From assembly GCA_045546195.1 (NCBI GenBank), contig JAZQCH010000001.1, forward strand, positions 103,362 to 167,361: a stretch of DNA of 64,000 nucleotides. Direction: 5' to 3'. Within the stretch, counting starts at the first letter, position 1; every line of letters begins with the position of its first letter. The notes under the pieces were generated by a model. It ran no database searches. It was not told the origin of the DNA and saw nothing but the letters and a program-made list of their open reading frames with translations. Of this stretch, positions 28,986 through 39,951 are shown one piece after another. The position numbers and the translations under genes were made by a program. This DNA is from Candidatus Enterousia sp. Its GTDB lineage: Bacteria; Pseudomonadota; Alphaproteobacteria; Rs-D84.

Positions 28986-29544
28986 ATGATTCTTCTTCGA
29001 TATCGTCGTCATCATCCGTTTCGACGGCGTTCAAATCAATTTCTTTTGGCACACCCAAAATATCTTCAATTTTTTCCGACGCAGCATCCAGGTCAATTTT
29101 ATGTAATACCGCAAATTCCTGGGCCATACGTTCCAATGCGCGCAGATACAACTGACGCGCCGAAAATGTCATAGTGTCTGCGGCACTTCTACGTTGCAGG
29201 TCACGCACCACTTCGGCCAACTTCATCGGGTCACCCGAATTGATATTTTCTTCGTACTGCGCGGCCCGTCGCGCCCAAATCATACGCTTTGCCCCGGCCT
29301 TACCCTTGGCCGATGCAATCGCTTCGTCCAACTTCTTGGCGGATGTCAACGGACGCAACCCCGAAATTTCGGCGCGTTCCATCGGCACACGCAACGTCAT
29401 ATGATTGCGTTCAAAATCAATCACCAGCATCTTTATCTTCTGCCCGGCGATTGTCTGTTCTTCTATTCGCAACAGTTTTCCAACACCCTGTGTCGGATAA
29501 ACAACATACTGTCCTGTCTTAAAATCTAATTTTTTACTTGGCAT
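28984..29544 (-). CDS. CarD/CdnL family RNA polymerase-binding transcription factor
   Basis: KTGQYVVYPTQGVGKLLRIEEQTIAGQKIKMLVIDF... Start chosen MPSKKLDFK. ORF extends to 29616. Confidence 0.8.
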   Translation of the reverse strand: MPSKKLDFKTGQYVVYPTQGVGKLLRIEEQTIAGQKIKMLVIDFERNHMTLRVPMERAEISGLRPLTSAKKLDEAIASAKGKAGAKRMIWARRAAQYEENINSGDPMKLAEVVRDLQRRSAADTMTFSARQLYLRALERMAQEFAVLHKIDLDAASEKIEDILGVPKEIDLNAVETDDDDDIEEES

Positions 29545-29673
29545 TATTGGATACCCTTTTACGGTTGCCATCCTCTCTGTCCGACATATTATATCACAAA
29601 AAAACCTGAAAAACAAACATTTGACGAAAAAAATATCCCGAACATCCGTCCGGGAAAAATACAGTAAATATAC

Positions 29674-30219
29674 CTATCGTCTCAGCCGTTTAATTGCCCC
29701 AGTACGACGCACAGTCGATGCGCGTGCGGCCTCGGCCTTGTTCACTTCCTTGACGCAAATCCACTTATCATCCTGTAACACCGCCGACAACCCATCTTCA
29801 CACTCTGGCTTTTCCAGACGCCACGCAAAACAACCACCCTTTTGATAAGACTGATATGTTGCGTTATCCCCGCCGCGTGTGTACGCACCATATTCTGGGT
29901 TCCATGCGCCGGCAACCTCGCCTCCGCACCACTTGCGTTCACCCCAACATTCGACACAGTTATTGTTTGCGTCACACAGCTCAACCGCCGCCGCAGTTGC
30001 CTTGTACCCGCTGTTTGGCTTGTCCCCTTCGCCCATCATCTTGCCGGTTTCCAAATCACGACACCACAGTTTCTGACATTCGGCTGTTGCAATCCCATCA
30101 ATTTTTTTACGAGATTCCACCAATATATATCCCGGCCCACACGACGTAAACGCCGCATCGACACCACACACAGTCCCCATAACAACAAACACAGAAATAA
30201 AAAATCGTTTCAACATCAC
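29674..30219 (-). CDS. Secreted Cys-rich hypothetical protein
   Basis: 181 aa, signal peptide, 14 Cys, basic C-terminal tail. Confidence 0.45.
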   Translation of the reverse strand: MMLKRFFISVFVVMGTVCGVDAAFTSCGPGYILVESRKKIDGIATAECQKLWCRDLETGKMMGEGDKPNSGYKATAAAVELCDANNNCVECWGERKWCGGEVAGAWNPEYGAYTRGGDNATYQSYQKGGCFAWRLEKPECEDGLSAVLQDDKWICVKEVNKAEAARASTVRRTGAIKRLRR

Positions 30220-30274
30220 AAATTCCTACCTTACTCTATTCTACATATTTTATGCCTGTTTTACAAATATATTT

Positions 30275-32053
30275 TTATTCCGCCGGCTTTTTCATCAAAC
30301 TCTGCACTGCCAGCGGAAAATCAGACGCCCGTGCCAAATACGAACCCGACACCAACAAATCTGCGCCTGCCTGCCAACACAATTGGGCGGTATTCTCGTT
30401 AATTCCCCCATCCACAGAAATCGTGAACTTTAACCCATACTTCTTGCGCGTCCCCGCCAGAACCGAAATCTTATGTAACGCGGCTGGCTCAAACGCCTGT
30501 CCTGCCGCCCCTGGTGCGACCGCCATTACCATAACTTCGTCAATTTCACGCAAAATCGGCTTTAATAGCGCCACATTTGAATCCGGATGCAACGCCACCC
30601 CAACCCGACGCCCCGCCGCCCGCACATTACGGATAGCGTTCTTTAACCCCGATGTATTTGTCGACAATATCACCGTATCCGCCCCGGCCGCAATCGCATC
30701 CGCCGCCCAGACCACCGGACTTTCCGTCATCAGATGAACATGCAAATGCGCATCTGTTCGCGCACGAATACTTTTCAACTCGTCAATTCCGCCGGCGATT
30801 CTGTCCACATAGAACCCATCCATAATATCGACATGAATCATCGAAATCCCACCCGCCCGGAACAGCGAATATGTTTCGGCCCGTCGCATATCAAAGCATA
30901 AACTGCTGGGCAAAATCGGCACAAATCTTTGAACTTTTTTTGGTTTTCTGCGAAAGATTCTGCCAACCCAACTGGTCCGGCGCACCCACCTGTCGTGCCG
31001 CGCAATATAACTTTGCCGACGCGCGCCCTGGCCCTGCCACACATATTCTGACAACGCCCGCACTGTTGCGTCCACCGGCAAAACTTCGGTCATAACCGCA
31101 AATGCGTTTTCAATAAAGTCACGCAGTCCTTCGATTTCTGCCCCACCACCGGTCAGAATAATCTTGGTCGGTCGATACTTTGTAAATGACGGCAAACATT
31201 GGTCTTTCAGTTGCCCTATAATATCCACCAATATCGGCAACACAACATCGTTCACATCCCCACGCGAAAAATCATAGGCTTTATCTGCTGGGGCAAATCG
31301 GTCCATTTCCTTGGGTACCAGTGACGCCACCGCGCGTTTAATCCGGTCGGCTGAATCAAAATCAATATTCAGTTTTTCAACGATTGCCCGGGTAATATCA
31401 GTCCCACCCTTTTGAATTTTCGTATGCCACACCGGCCCACGGTCTGTCCAGATTGACGCGCCTGTAAATTGCGCCCCAAAATCAATAAACAGCGTTGTCT
31501 GTTTTTCCATACGATAAATTGCGTTTTGAACAAATTGCGGGTCATACAAAGCATCCGCCTGAACATGCGCCCCACGCAGGTGTTCATACACCACATCCGC
31601 CCCAGTCCGCGAATAAAAAATCACCCCAAACGCCGAAATCAATTGCCGGTCAACATGCCCGATTGGCGTCACCATATTCCGTGCCTGTGGCGCGTCATAT
31701 CGCAATGGCACAATATGCATCGGGAAAAAACCATCGGCGGGTTGAATTTGTGAAATCTGATTTCTGACATCGGTTGGCGTAATCTTATGTTCGCCCCCCC
31801 AGACAGTACTTTTGGCGCACATTTCATATTTTGACACACCAAAATTACCTGTGATATATGCTGAATCAAAATGTGTTCCAATCTGTTTTTCCAGTTCATC
31901 CACCACCGATTTAATTGCGAACACAGTATCATAACTGTCCATCGCAAAGAACGCCGACTTATCAATTCGCGCGCTGCGCACACGATGCGCGATACCACGC
32001 ACACCATAGGTGCCAATATCCAGACACAAAAAAGACGAATCAAACAAATTCAT
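30275..32053 (-). CDS. ftsA: In-frame fusion ORF: cell division protein FtsA (about aa 1-380) + ribulose-phosphate 3-epimerase (about aa 381-592)
   Basis: N-terminal part LCLDIGTYGVRGIA...GGGAEIEGL and C-terminal amphipathic helix SWVGRIFRRKPKK are FtsA-like. This is followed without a stop by ILPSSLCFDM...MIHVDIMDGFYV...LHVHLM...AVAPGAAGQAF...SVDGGI (Rpe). Confidence 0.75.
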   Translation of the reverse strand: MNLFDSSFLCLDIGTYGVRGIAHRVRSARIDKSAFFAMDSYDTVFAIKSVVDELEKQIGTHFDSAYITGNFGVSKYEMCAKSTVWGGEHKITPTDVRNQISQIQPADGFFPMHIVPLRYDAPQARNMVTPIGHVDRQLISAFGVIFYSRTGADVVYEHLRGAHVQADALYDPQFVQNAIYRMEKQTTLFIDFGAQFTGASIWTDRGPVWHTKIQKGGTDITRAIVEKLNIDFDSADRIKRAVASLVPKEMDRFAPADKAYDFSRGDVNDVVLPILVDIIGQLKDQCLPSFTKYRPTKIILTGGGAEIEGLRDFIENAFAVMTEVLPVDATVRALSEYVWQGQGARRQSYIARHDRWVRRTSWVGRIFRRKPKKVQRFVPILPSSLCFDMRRAETYSLFRAGGISMIHVDIMDGFYVDRIAGGIDELKSIRARTDAHLHVHLMTESPVVWAADAIAAGADTVILSTNTSGLKNAIRNVRAAGRRVGVALHPDSNVALLKPILREIDEVMVMAVAPGAAGQAFEPAALHKISVLAGTRKKYGLKFTISVDGGINENTAQLCWQAGADLLVSGSYLARASDFPLAVQSLMKKPAE

Positions 32054-32058
32054 ATCTT

Positions 32059-32739
32059 TTACTTTACCAATATTCGTGCACTATCACGCATGTCAATCAG
32101 GCTGATTTTGCGACTTAAAATTTTGTGATTATTATTCAGCGATATCAGTGTTCCAATCGCATCAATCGGATTTTGTTCCGGCAACATAACAACAATTCCA
32201 CCATTTGTATATAAATTCCAGCGCCTGTTTTCAATCCACTCTAAATAATCCAAATCCCCGACCAGGTTATGTGCCGCCTTGGTAATCTGGTCAATATCAT
32301 TTGGCACAACCCCACGGAACACAACATGCCCTGCGTCACGCACATCTGTTGGTTTATTCACAATCGTCCCATCTGCCGACAGTGGAAAATAATGTTCCCC
32401 ATCTGTCCACAATGCCACAGCGGTGTACATAGACACCCGCACAACCAAATTACCATTTGGCAATCTGCGCACAGCCGAATTTTTCACCCCCGGCACTGCT
32501 GCGACACGTGCGTTCATATTTTCCAAATTCACCGAATAAGCCCGCGTCCCCGGTGCCACCGCCACCGCATTTGCCAGCGCAGACAAATCCTTGTTATCTT
32601 TGTCCGCAGTAATTGAAATATTGCGCACCCGCGAAATATCGCCGTGCCCCATACCAACCATAATGACCCGCGACGCAAAATAAATTGCGAAAATCACAGA
32701 AATAACAAAACACAACCAAAACCAAACAGAACGTTTCAT
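32059..32739 (-). CDS. ftsQ: Cell division protein FtsQ
   Basis: TM helix, POTRA, and C-terminal RRWNLYTNGGIVVMLPEQNP...IDMRD. Start chosen MKRSVWFW. ORF extends to 32799. Confidence 0.75.
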   Translation of the reverse strand: MKRSVWFWLCFVISVIFAIYFASRVIMVGMGHGDISRVRNISITADKDNKDLSALANAVAVAPGTRAYSVNLENMNARVAAVPGVKNSAVRRLPNGNLVVRVSMYTAVALWTDGEHYFPLSADGTIVNKPTDVRDAGHVVFRGVVPNDIDQITKAAHNLVGDLDYLEWIENRRWNLYTNGGIVVMLPEQNPIDAIGTLISLNNNHKILSRKISLIDMRDSARILVK

Positions 32740-32805
32740 GTGCTTGATTATATCACAAAAACACCCCCCGTTCAAACACGGAAAAATAAAAACCGGCACG
32801 GCCGG

Positions 32806-33204
32806 TTATTTTACTTCTATCTTTCGTCCATCACCATACTGACTTATAAAGACATTTATCGTATTTTTCGGCAGCATATCACGCGCAATCTGTGGCCACT
32901 CAATCAATGTAATATCGTTTTCGATTGCGTGTTCCAACCCGATTTCAGTCAATTCTGACGCATCTTCGACACGATACAGGTCAAAATGCGAAATCCCATC
33001 ATACGACTGAACAATTGTAAATGTCGGACTGGGCACAACCGTATCCGTCCCACGCAGTGTCTGAATCACCGCCCGCGCAATTTCGGACTTTCCCATCCCC
33101 AAATCACCATATAACGCAACCACACATGGCGCGACCAACCCCTTGGCAAATTCGGCCGCCCATGCGCGCATTTGTTCAACATTTTCTAAAATATATTCTT
33201 TCAT
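32806..33204 (-). CDS. tsaE: tRNA threonylcarbamoyladenosine biosynthesis protein TsaE
   Basis: ALYGDLGMGKS...VPSPTFTIV. Confidence 0.85.
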   Translation of the reverse strand: MKEYILENVEQMRAWAAEFAKGLVAPCVVALYGDLGMGKSEIARAVIQTLRGTDTVVPSPTFTIVQSYDGISHFDLYRVEDASELTEIGLEHAIENDITLIEWPQIARDMLPKNTINVFISQYGDGRKIEVK

Positions 33205-33206
33205 CC

Positions 33207-35210
33207 CTATTCCACCAATAACAAATCATCTTCCATTTTATGAATCTGGTCACGAATTTCTGCCGCCAATTCGAATTCCAGGTCTTCTGCAGCCTTGTGC
33301 ATTTTCTGGGTTAATTTTTTAATTTCGCGACGAATTGAATCCGCGTCCATCACCCCACCTGACTTATCATACACAAATCTGCGCGCCTTGTCAGTCTTTT
33401 CTTGCCTATCGCCAACCTCGGCAAAGATTGCCTTGGTCACAGTTTTTGGCACAATCCCATGCGCGTCATTATACGCCATCTGCTTTTCACGGCGACGCGC
33501 GGTTTCATCCAACGCCGCCCGCATAGAATCAGTAATTTTATCCGCATATAAAATCACGCGTCCATTGGCATTACGCGCCGCGCGCCCAATTGTCTGAATA
33601 AGTGAACGCGTTGAACGCAAAAACCCTTCTTTATCTGCATCCATAATCGCGACCAATTCACACTCTGGCACATCCAGCCCTTCGCGCAACAAATTTATCC
33701 CCACCAGAACATCGAATTTCCCCATACGCAATTCACGCAACAATTCAATACGTTCAAGTGTTTCAATATCACTGTGTAAATACTTTGCCCGCACCCCATT
33801 TTCGTTCAGATAATCCGTCAACTGTTCCGCCATTTTCTTGGTCAACGTTGTCACCAACACACGCCCATCCACCCCTTTGACCTGGGACAACAAATCATCA
33901 ACCTGATGTTCTGTGGGCCGCACTTCGCACACTGGGTCCAACAATCCTGTTGGACGAATTACTTGTTCAGACACCACCCCATTTGCCTGGCCTAATTCCC
34001 AATCGGCGGGCGTTGCCGACACAAATATCGTCTGTGGCCGCAGGTTATCCCACTCGTCAAACGTCAGCGGTCGATTATCAACACACGCCGGCAATCGAAA
34101 CCCATACTGTGACAGTGTTTCCTTGCGCGCGCGGTCACCGCGACTCATCGCGCCAATCTGTGGTACGGTCACATGGCTTTCATCAATAAACAGAACCGCA
34201 TCGCGTGGCAAATATTCAAACAGCGTTGGTGGTGGCTGTCCGGGTAATCGTCCTGACAAATACCGTGAATAGTTTTCCACCCCCCGACACGTCCCCGTAC
34301 TTTCCATCATTTCTATATCGAAATTCACCCGTTCCCGCAAACGCTGTTCTTCAATATACTTCATATTTTCATGAAAATACGCCAATCGTTCCTTCAGGTC
34401 TGCGCGAATTTGTGTCAAGGCCTGTAACACACTGGGCATTGGCGTCGCATAGTGCGTATTTGGATACACCACAATCCGTTCTAATTTTTGTAATTTTGCC
34501 CCGGTCAGCGTATCAAATTCCCAAATCTCTTCGATTTCATCGCCCCAGAACGATAATTTCCATCCCCTATCCTGACTGTGCGACGGGAACAAATCCAGCG
34601 TATCACCACGCACACGAAATGCACCACGTTCAAATGCGGTATCATTTCGCTTGTACTGAACATCGACCAACGCGCGCATCACATCGCGCATTGACATCAA
34701 ATCCCCCACATTAAAAACCAATTTCATCCCTGCGTACTGTTCGGGCGACCCCATGCCATAAATAGATGACACAGATGACACAACAACAACATCGCGTTCT
34801 TCTAACATAGCACGCGTTGCGCTATGACGCATACGGTCCAACTGTTCGTTAATTGATGCGTCCTTGTCAATATAAGTATCTGTTGTTGGCATATATGCTT
34901 CGGGCTGATAATAATCATAATACGACACAAAATATTCCACATGATTACGTGGAAAGAACGACTTCATTTCCGTATATAACTGTGCCGCCAAAATCTTGTT
35001 CGGCGCCATAATCAACGCCGGCCGCCCCAATTGCGCGATAACATTTGCCATTGTAAATGTTTTACCCGACCCCGTCACCCCCAACAATACCTGTGACCGT
35101 CGTCCTGCGTTCACCCCATCAACCAATTCAGCAATTGCCGTTGGCTGGTCCCCCATCGGCTGATACGAACTTTCAAGATAAAATTCTGCGCGTTTCATTT
35201 TTTTATTCAC
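33207..35210 (-). CDS. uvrB: Excinuclease ABC subunit B
   Basis: 667 aa, GVTGSGKTFT, helicase motifs, C-terminal UVR domain. Confidence 0.93.
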   Translation of the reverse strand: MNKKMKRAEFYLESSYQPMGDQPTAIAELVDGVNAGRRSQVLLGVTGSGKTFTMANVIAQLGRPALIMAPNKILAAQLYTEMKSFFPRNHVEYFVSYYDYYQPEAYMPTTDTYIDKDASINEQLDRMRHSATRAMLEERDVVVVSSVSSIYGMGSPEQYAGMKLVFNVGDLMSMRDVMRALVDVQYKRNDTAFERGAFRVRGDTLDLFPSHSQDRGWKLSFWGDEIEEIWEFDTLTGAKLQKLERIVVYPNTHYATPMPSVLQALTQIRADLKERLAYFHENMKYIEEQRLRERVNFDIEMMESTGTCRGVENYSRYLSGRLPGQPPPTLFEYLPRDAVLFIDESHVTVPQIGAMSRGDRARKETLSQYGFRLPACVDNRPLTFDEWDNLRPQTIFVSATPADWELGQANGVVSEQVIRPTGLLDPVCEVRPTEHQVDDLLSQVKGVDGRVLVTTLTKKMAEQLTDYLNENGVRAKYLHSDIETLERIELLRELRMGKFDVLVGINLLREGLDVPECELVAIMDADKEGFLRSTRSLIQTIGRAARNANGRVILYADKITDSMRAALDETARRREKQMAYNDAHGIVPKTVTKAIFAEVGDRQEKTDKARRFVYDKSGGVMDADSIRREIKKLTQKMHKAAEDLEFELAAEIRDQIHKMEDDLLLVE

Positions 35211-35256
35211 AATCTTAATTATAATCCATTATAATGAAAACACAAGGGGACCGAGA

Positions 35257-37731
35257 ATGGCATTAAAACCCAGATACAAACGTCGTATATTCTGGTCGCT
35301 GATGTGTATCATCGGCGCACTTGCGTTGGCAATAATAATTGTCCCCCCTATGATAACATTGAACCAGTTCCGCCCACTGATTGAAAAATCCATCTATGAA
35401 CAAATGGCGGTACCTGCGAAATTAAATGGTGACATCCATTTCAGTCTGATTGGCGGTGCCACAATTGTTGTACACGATGTTGTTGTTCCAACCGCCCGCA
35501 TTGGTTCGGTAATGTTATCTGTTCCGTTCAGTGACCTGTTCCACATGGAAAACGCCCGCCTAAAAAACGCGGTTGTTGTATATGATGCAGACATAAAAAT
35601 CGACAAACTAACCCCTGCGAATTTTAACCACACCATTGAAATTTACAACAGCGACATTGACTTTATGGGTCGCACATTTCACGTTGTACGCGCTGAATTT
35701 TCAAACGGCGAATTTCACGGCACAATCCGCACAGACGAACACAAATACGACGTTGAATTTTCCGGCGACACATTTAATATAAAAAACAAGAACAACAAAC
35801 TGGACATCACGGGCCAAATGTATTCTGACGGCACAATCCGCGGTCATCTGTCTATTGAAACATCCGACATAAATTCATGGCTGGGGTTTGACGCACCAAA
35901 ACTGGACCACACAATAAAATTAACCGCCAACTTTGAATGGGACGGATTTAATGGATACAAATTAACCAATCTGAACGCTGGCAATATCTCCGGAAACCTA
36001 GAAGTTATGCCCAACGGTCAGAAAAATATCCAACTGGTATCTGACGATTTGGACTATGACTTTTCATTTCTGATGCGTCCTGGTCAAATAATCAACAAAA
36101 CAAACGCCAACATTGATTTTTATGGGAATCTAACATTTGGCAAATACAAATTCAACCACCTGCGGATTCAGGCATCCGGCACATCTGACAAATTCCAAAT
36201 CGCCAACATTGTTGCCGACGACATCGCGATAACCGGTGGCACAATAACCGCAAACGGTGCTGAAAACCTGATGATAACAATGCCAATCGACGGCATAAAT
36301 TCCATGTGCCTGTTTTCCGGCACACCCACCCATTGGAAATGTGACATGTTCACATATGGCGACCTGTCGGGGAATATATATGTTGATGGCGACAAATTCG
36401 ACATATCGGTCCAATCCACATCCCCAATGCCATCTGGCAACACATTTATTGACATGGTACGCCAACTGGGCAAATCCGGCCGCGTATCATTTCAATTTTC
36501 AGACATTGGCGGCACATATGAAATCGACGGCGACAAAACCCGCGCATCATATAATTTTGCTAAAAACAAAACACTGGAATTCATGGGGGCGCAGATTCCG
36601 TTTCTGCCTGACTTTATGAAAAACGAACGTGGTGATTTTGCGTGGCGTGGTGGCATGCTAACCTTTACCCCATTCAGCAACACCTGGCAACTGTCCCAAT
36701 ACGACAACTATTTCTATCTATCCGGCCTCAGTTTCAAGGCCTGGTTGCCCAACATAGATTTACAGTCCATAAACGATTCCGAATACACCGTTTCTGGATT
36801 CTACCAGGACGGTCAAATATCCAACCTGACGATAAAAATAAACGACCACGAATTTACCGGCACCGCATCAAACAACAGCATTACGCTGCACACACCCGTT
36901 CTGTCAATCGACGCGTTCAAGAACCGTGCCTTTATCGACAATTATGAAGAACTGGAATTTCGCACCAACGAACCACTGTTAATATTATTTAACATACCGG
37001 CGAACATTGCCCTGTCGGCGGAAAAATTGATATACAACGACAACGAATATAATAACTTTGTATATTCACTAAAACCCAACGCCCAGACATTTTCCATCAT
37101 GGACGCCGACCGTGGCAACATGCTGGCAACAATCGAACGCGATAAAACAAACTATGAAATATTCGCGCAATTAAATCGCTTTGTAATAAACGGCTATCTG
37201 TTATCCACCCATATGCCATTAAACATCCGCGACACAATGATAACCGGCCAAATTGAACTGACCACATCTGGTCAAATTGCGCATGACATTTATTACAATC
37301 TGCGTGGCACACTGGATTTAACATTTGACGGCGGGTATCTGTCTGGACTGGGGATTGATGATTTCTATGCGTCGGCCGAAAACATTACATCATTGAACGC
37401 AGAATACGCCCTGGCGCGCGCCCTGACCGGTGGCGAAACCGCCCTAAAACAGATGCAGATTATCGGCGACTATGAACGCGGCAACTTTATCACCACTGCC
37501 CCCGCAACAATTTCAATGCGTCACACAACCGGCATTGGTGGCTTTGCAATCACAGACGGATACATGACGGCTGAATTTGATTTAACCCTGCGCGGCACGG
37601 CACCGACACCTGCGACAATCCAACTAAGTGTTATGCCCGACGGCGGCCGTGATTATTCACTGTCCGACATCATGCGCCAAATCGATCCTGGATTTATGCG
37701 CGCCTTCGTAAAAACCCACGATAAATTTTAG
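35257..37731 (+). CDS. AsmA-family protein (inner-membrane anchored, AsmA/TamB-like)
   Basis: 824 aa, N-terminal TM anchor. Large periplasmic beta-rich region typical of the AsmA family. Confidence 0.5.
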   Translation: MALKPRYKRRIFWSLMCIIGALALAIIIVPPMITLNQFRPLIEKSIYEQMAVPAKLNGDIHFSLIGGATIVVHDVVVPTARIGSVMLSVPFSDLFHMENARLKNAVVVYDADIKIDKLTPANFNHTIEIYNSDIDFMGRTFHVVRAEFSNGEFHGTIRTDEHKYDVEFSGDTFNIKNKNNKLDITGQMYSDGTIRGHLSIETSDINSWLGFDAPKLDHTIKLTANFEWDGFNGYKLTNLNAGNISGNLEVMPNGQKNIQLVSDDLDYDFSFLMRPGQIINKTNANIDFYGNLTFGKYKFNHLRIQASGTSDKFQIANIVADDIAITGGTITANGAENLMITMPIDGINSMCLFSGTPTHWKCDMFTYGDLSGNIYVDGDKFDISVQSTSPMPSGNTFIDMVRQLGKSGRVSFQFSDIGGTYEIDGDKTRASYNFAKNKTLEFMGAQIPFLPDFMKNERGDFAWRGGMLTFTPFSNTWQLSQYDNYFYLSGLSFKAWLPNIDLQSINDSEYTVSGFYQDGQISNLTIKINDHEFTGTASNNSITLHTPVLSIDAFKNRAFIDNYEELEFRTNEPLLILFNIPANIALSAEKLIYNDNEYNNFVYSLKPNAQTFSIMDADRGNMLATIERDKTNYEIFAQLNRFVINGYLLSTHMPLNIRDTMITGQIELTTSGQIAHDIYYNLRGTLDLTFDGGYLSGLGIDDFYASAENITSLNAEYALARALTGGETALKQMQIIGDYERGNFITTAPATISMRHTTGIGGFAITDGYMTAEFDLTLRGTAPTPATIQLSVMPDGGRDYSLSDIMRQIDPGFMRAFVKTHDKF

Positions 37732-38078
37732 TTTGATTTATTCGCCATAAATTCACGTCGTGACACAACGCGTCCCGACGCATCGGCATAATAAACATAT
37801 CGCCCGACCCGAACACAGTGATACCCATTGCCAGCAAACTTAATTCTGCGCCGCGCCCGCAACAGCACATGATTCCGCCCAATTAAATCTGCGCGCACCC
37901 CGAATAAAACTTTGCCAATATATTCCCACAAACCGTGTGTTGCGTATGGTGCATACAGCACCCCACCGCGCTGTTCCAATCGCGCAAAGTTATACCGTTC
38001 ACAATGTATTTTCAACTTGCCACTTTGATATTGATTCAGTCCCATCAAATCACACAGTTGATTTATATTTTTGTGCAT
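37728..38078 (-). CDS. Hypothetical protein
   Basis: 116-aa ORF overlapping the asmA stop by 4 nt. Confidence 0.3.
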   Translation of the reverse strand: MHKNINQLCDLMGLNQYQSGKLKIHCERYNFARLEQRGGVLYAPYATHGLWEYIGKVLFGVRADLIGRNHVLLRARRRIKFAGNGYHCVRVGRYVYYADASGRVVSRREFMANKSN

Positions 38079-38148
38079 ATTCTCTCTCTTACCCCACGCA
38101 CAAAATTATATATGGGAAAAAATCTTTGCCAACAGGTATGAATTCCAT

Positions 38149-38182
38149 AAAAAAATCCCCCATTTTTTGGGGGATTTATATT
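38149..38182. terminator. Rho-independent terminator
   Basis: aaaaaatcccccattttttgggggatttatattt. Confidence 0.7.
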
Positions 38183-39951
38183 TAGTTCTTTTTGCGAACC
38201 TGGATGTGCACCTCCCTCAACTGCTTTTCTGTCACAGTTGTCGGTGCCCCCATCATCAGGTCCTGCCCGCGTTGATTGGTTGGGAAAATCACCACCTGGC
38301 GCAGATTTGGTTCATCCAGCATAATCTGAACCAATCGGTCCAAGCCAAACGCACATCCGCCGTGCGGTGGCGCGCCATACTGGAACGCAGTGTACATACC
38401 ACCGAACTTTTCCTTAACCACTTCTTCGCTGTACCCCGTAATATCAAAGCACTTTAACATAACCTCTGGGTTAAAGTTACGCAAACCACCACTGCAGATT
38501 TCCGCACCATTTAACACCATGTCAAACTGCGCTGCCTTGATTTCCAGCGGATTTTTAGTATTCAATTCTTCCAACGTTGCCATCGGGAACGAGAACGGAT
38601 TATGCGTAAACGCAATACCTGTTGGTGATTCTTCATCTTCCTCAAAGAATGGGAATTCTTCTATCCAACAGAATCTAAATTCTTTTTCATCAATCAGGCC
38701 CAAATCATCGCCTAATTTATTGCGCAACTTACCCGCCGCCTTGGCCGCAGTATTCTTTTCATCGCAAACAAAGAACAAAGATGAATTATCGCCCGCGATT
38801 TCACGCAACTTTGCGATACGCCCCTCATCTAACTTTTTCGCAACTGGCCCTTTGGCTTCTTCGGCGAACACGATATATCCCAAACCACCCAGTCCTAATT
38901 CTTTGACTGCGAATTCGCCCAATTTATCAAACCAAGAACGTGGTTTATCGGCTGAATTTGGTGCCGGGATTGCGCGCACAACACTGCCATTTTCGACGGC
39001 ACTCGCAAAGATTCCAAAATCAGACCCACGGAAAATTTCCGTCACATCATGGATAATGATTGGGTTGCGCAAATCTGGTTTATCCGAACCATATTTCAAC
39101 ATCGCTTCATCAAATGGAATATGTGGAATTTCTGGGTGAACTTTTGCCCCTGGGACAAATTCACGAATCATTTCCGGCATCAACTTATTACCCACGGCCT
39201 GAATATCCGGCAAATCCACAAACGACATTTCCAAATCCAACTGATAAAATTCCAATAATCTGTCTGCGCGCAAATCTTCGTCACGGAAACATGGTGCAAT
39301 CTGGAAATAGCGGTCAAACCCAGAAATCTGGATAAACTGCTTAAACTGCTGTGGTGCCTGGGGCAACGCATAGAACATGCCATGATGATTACGGCTGGGG
39401 ACGATAAAGTCGCGCGCGCCTTCTGGACTGGACGCGGTCAAAATCGGCGTCTGAAATTCAGAAAATCCCATATCCCACATTTTATCGCGCAGGAATTTCA
39501 TCACGCGATTACGGAACAAAATGTTTTTGTGCAGACTTTCACGTCTTAAATCGATATAGCGATATTTTAATCTTAAATCTTCGGCAACAGAATCATCATC
39601 ACCAAATACTTGGAACGGCAACACATCCGAATTAGTCAACACTTCAAAAGACGTTGCCTGAATTTCAATACCCCCGGTTGGGATTTTATCATTAACCGCC
39701 GACGCATCACGCGCAACAACCGTGCCCATAACCTTAATCACAGATTCCGGGCGCACTTTTTCTAACGCCTCGTTTCCACCATCAAAGACAATCTGTGTAA
39801 TACCATAATTATCGCGCAGGTCAACGAACATCAACGCGCCATGGTCGCGTTTGCGATGTACCCACCCTGACAAAACAACACTTTCACCAACATTTGCGGT
39901 ATTTAATTCACCACATGTGTGCGTTCTGTACTTTGATTTCAAAGACAACAT
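38182..39951 (-). CDS. aspS: Aspartyl-tRNA synthetase
   Basis: Start MLSLKSKYRTHTCGEL. OB anticodon-binding domain and class II motifs (QFKQ.., GGLG, FGGMYTAFQYGAPPHGG). Confidence 0.9.
   Translation of the reverse strand: MLSLKSKYRTHTCGELNTANVGESVVLSGWVHRKRDHGALMFVDLRDNYGITQIVFDGGNEALEKVRPESVIKVMGTVVARDASAVNDKIPTGGIEIQATSFEVLTNSDVLPFQVFGDDDSVAEDLRLKYRYIDLRRESLHKNILFRNRVMKFLRDKMWDMGFSEFQTPILTASSPEGARDFIVPSRNHHGMFYALPQAPQQFKQFIQISGFDRYFQIAPCFRDEDLRADRLLEFYQLDLEMSFVDLPDIQAVGNKLMPEMIREFVPGAKVHPEIPHIPFDEAMLKYGSDKPDLRNPIIIHDVTEIFRGSDFGIFASAVENGSVVRAIPAPNSADKPRSWFDKLGEFAVKELGLGGLGYIVFAEEAKGPVAKKLDEGRIAKLREIAGDNSSLFFVCDEKNTAAKAAGKLRNKLGDDLGLIDEKEFRFCWIEEFPFFEEDEESPTGIAFTHNPFSFPMATLEELNTKNPLEIKAAQFDMVLNGAEICSGGLRNFNPEVMLKCFDITGYSEEVVKEKFGGMYTAFQYGAPPHGGCAFGLDRLVQIMLDEPNLRQVVIFPTNQRGQDLMMGAPTTVTEKQLREVHIQVRKKN

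Noticed and set aside
30275-32053. Treating ftsA and rpe as two separate adjacent genes
   Set aside because: No stop codon separates them in the given sequence and the Rpe domain begins before any internal Met, so the ORF is called as a fusion. A sequencing error cannot be excluded.
35394-37324. Minus-strand ORFs inside asmA (35394-35636, 36130-36473, 36492-36707, 37097-37324)
   Set aside because: Antisense to a long, well-supported AsmA-family ORF with no independent support.
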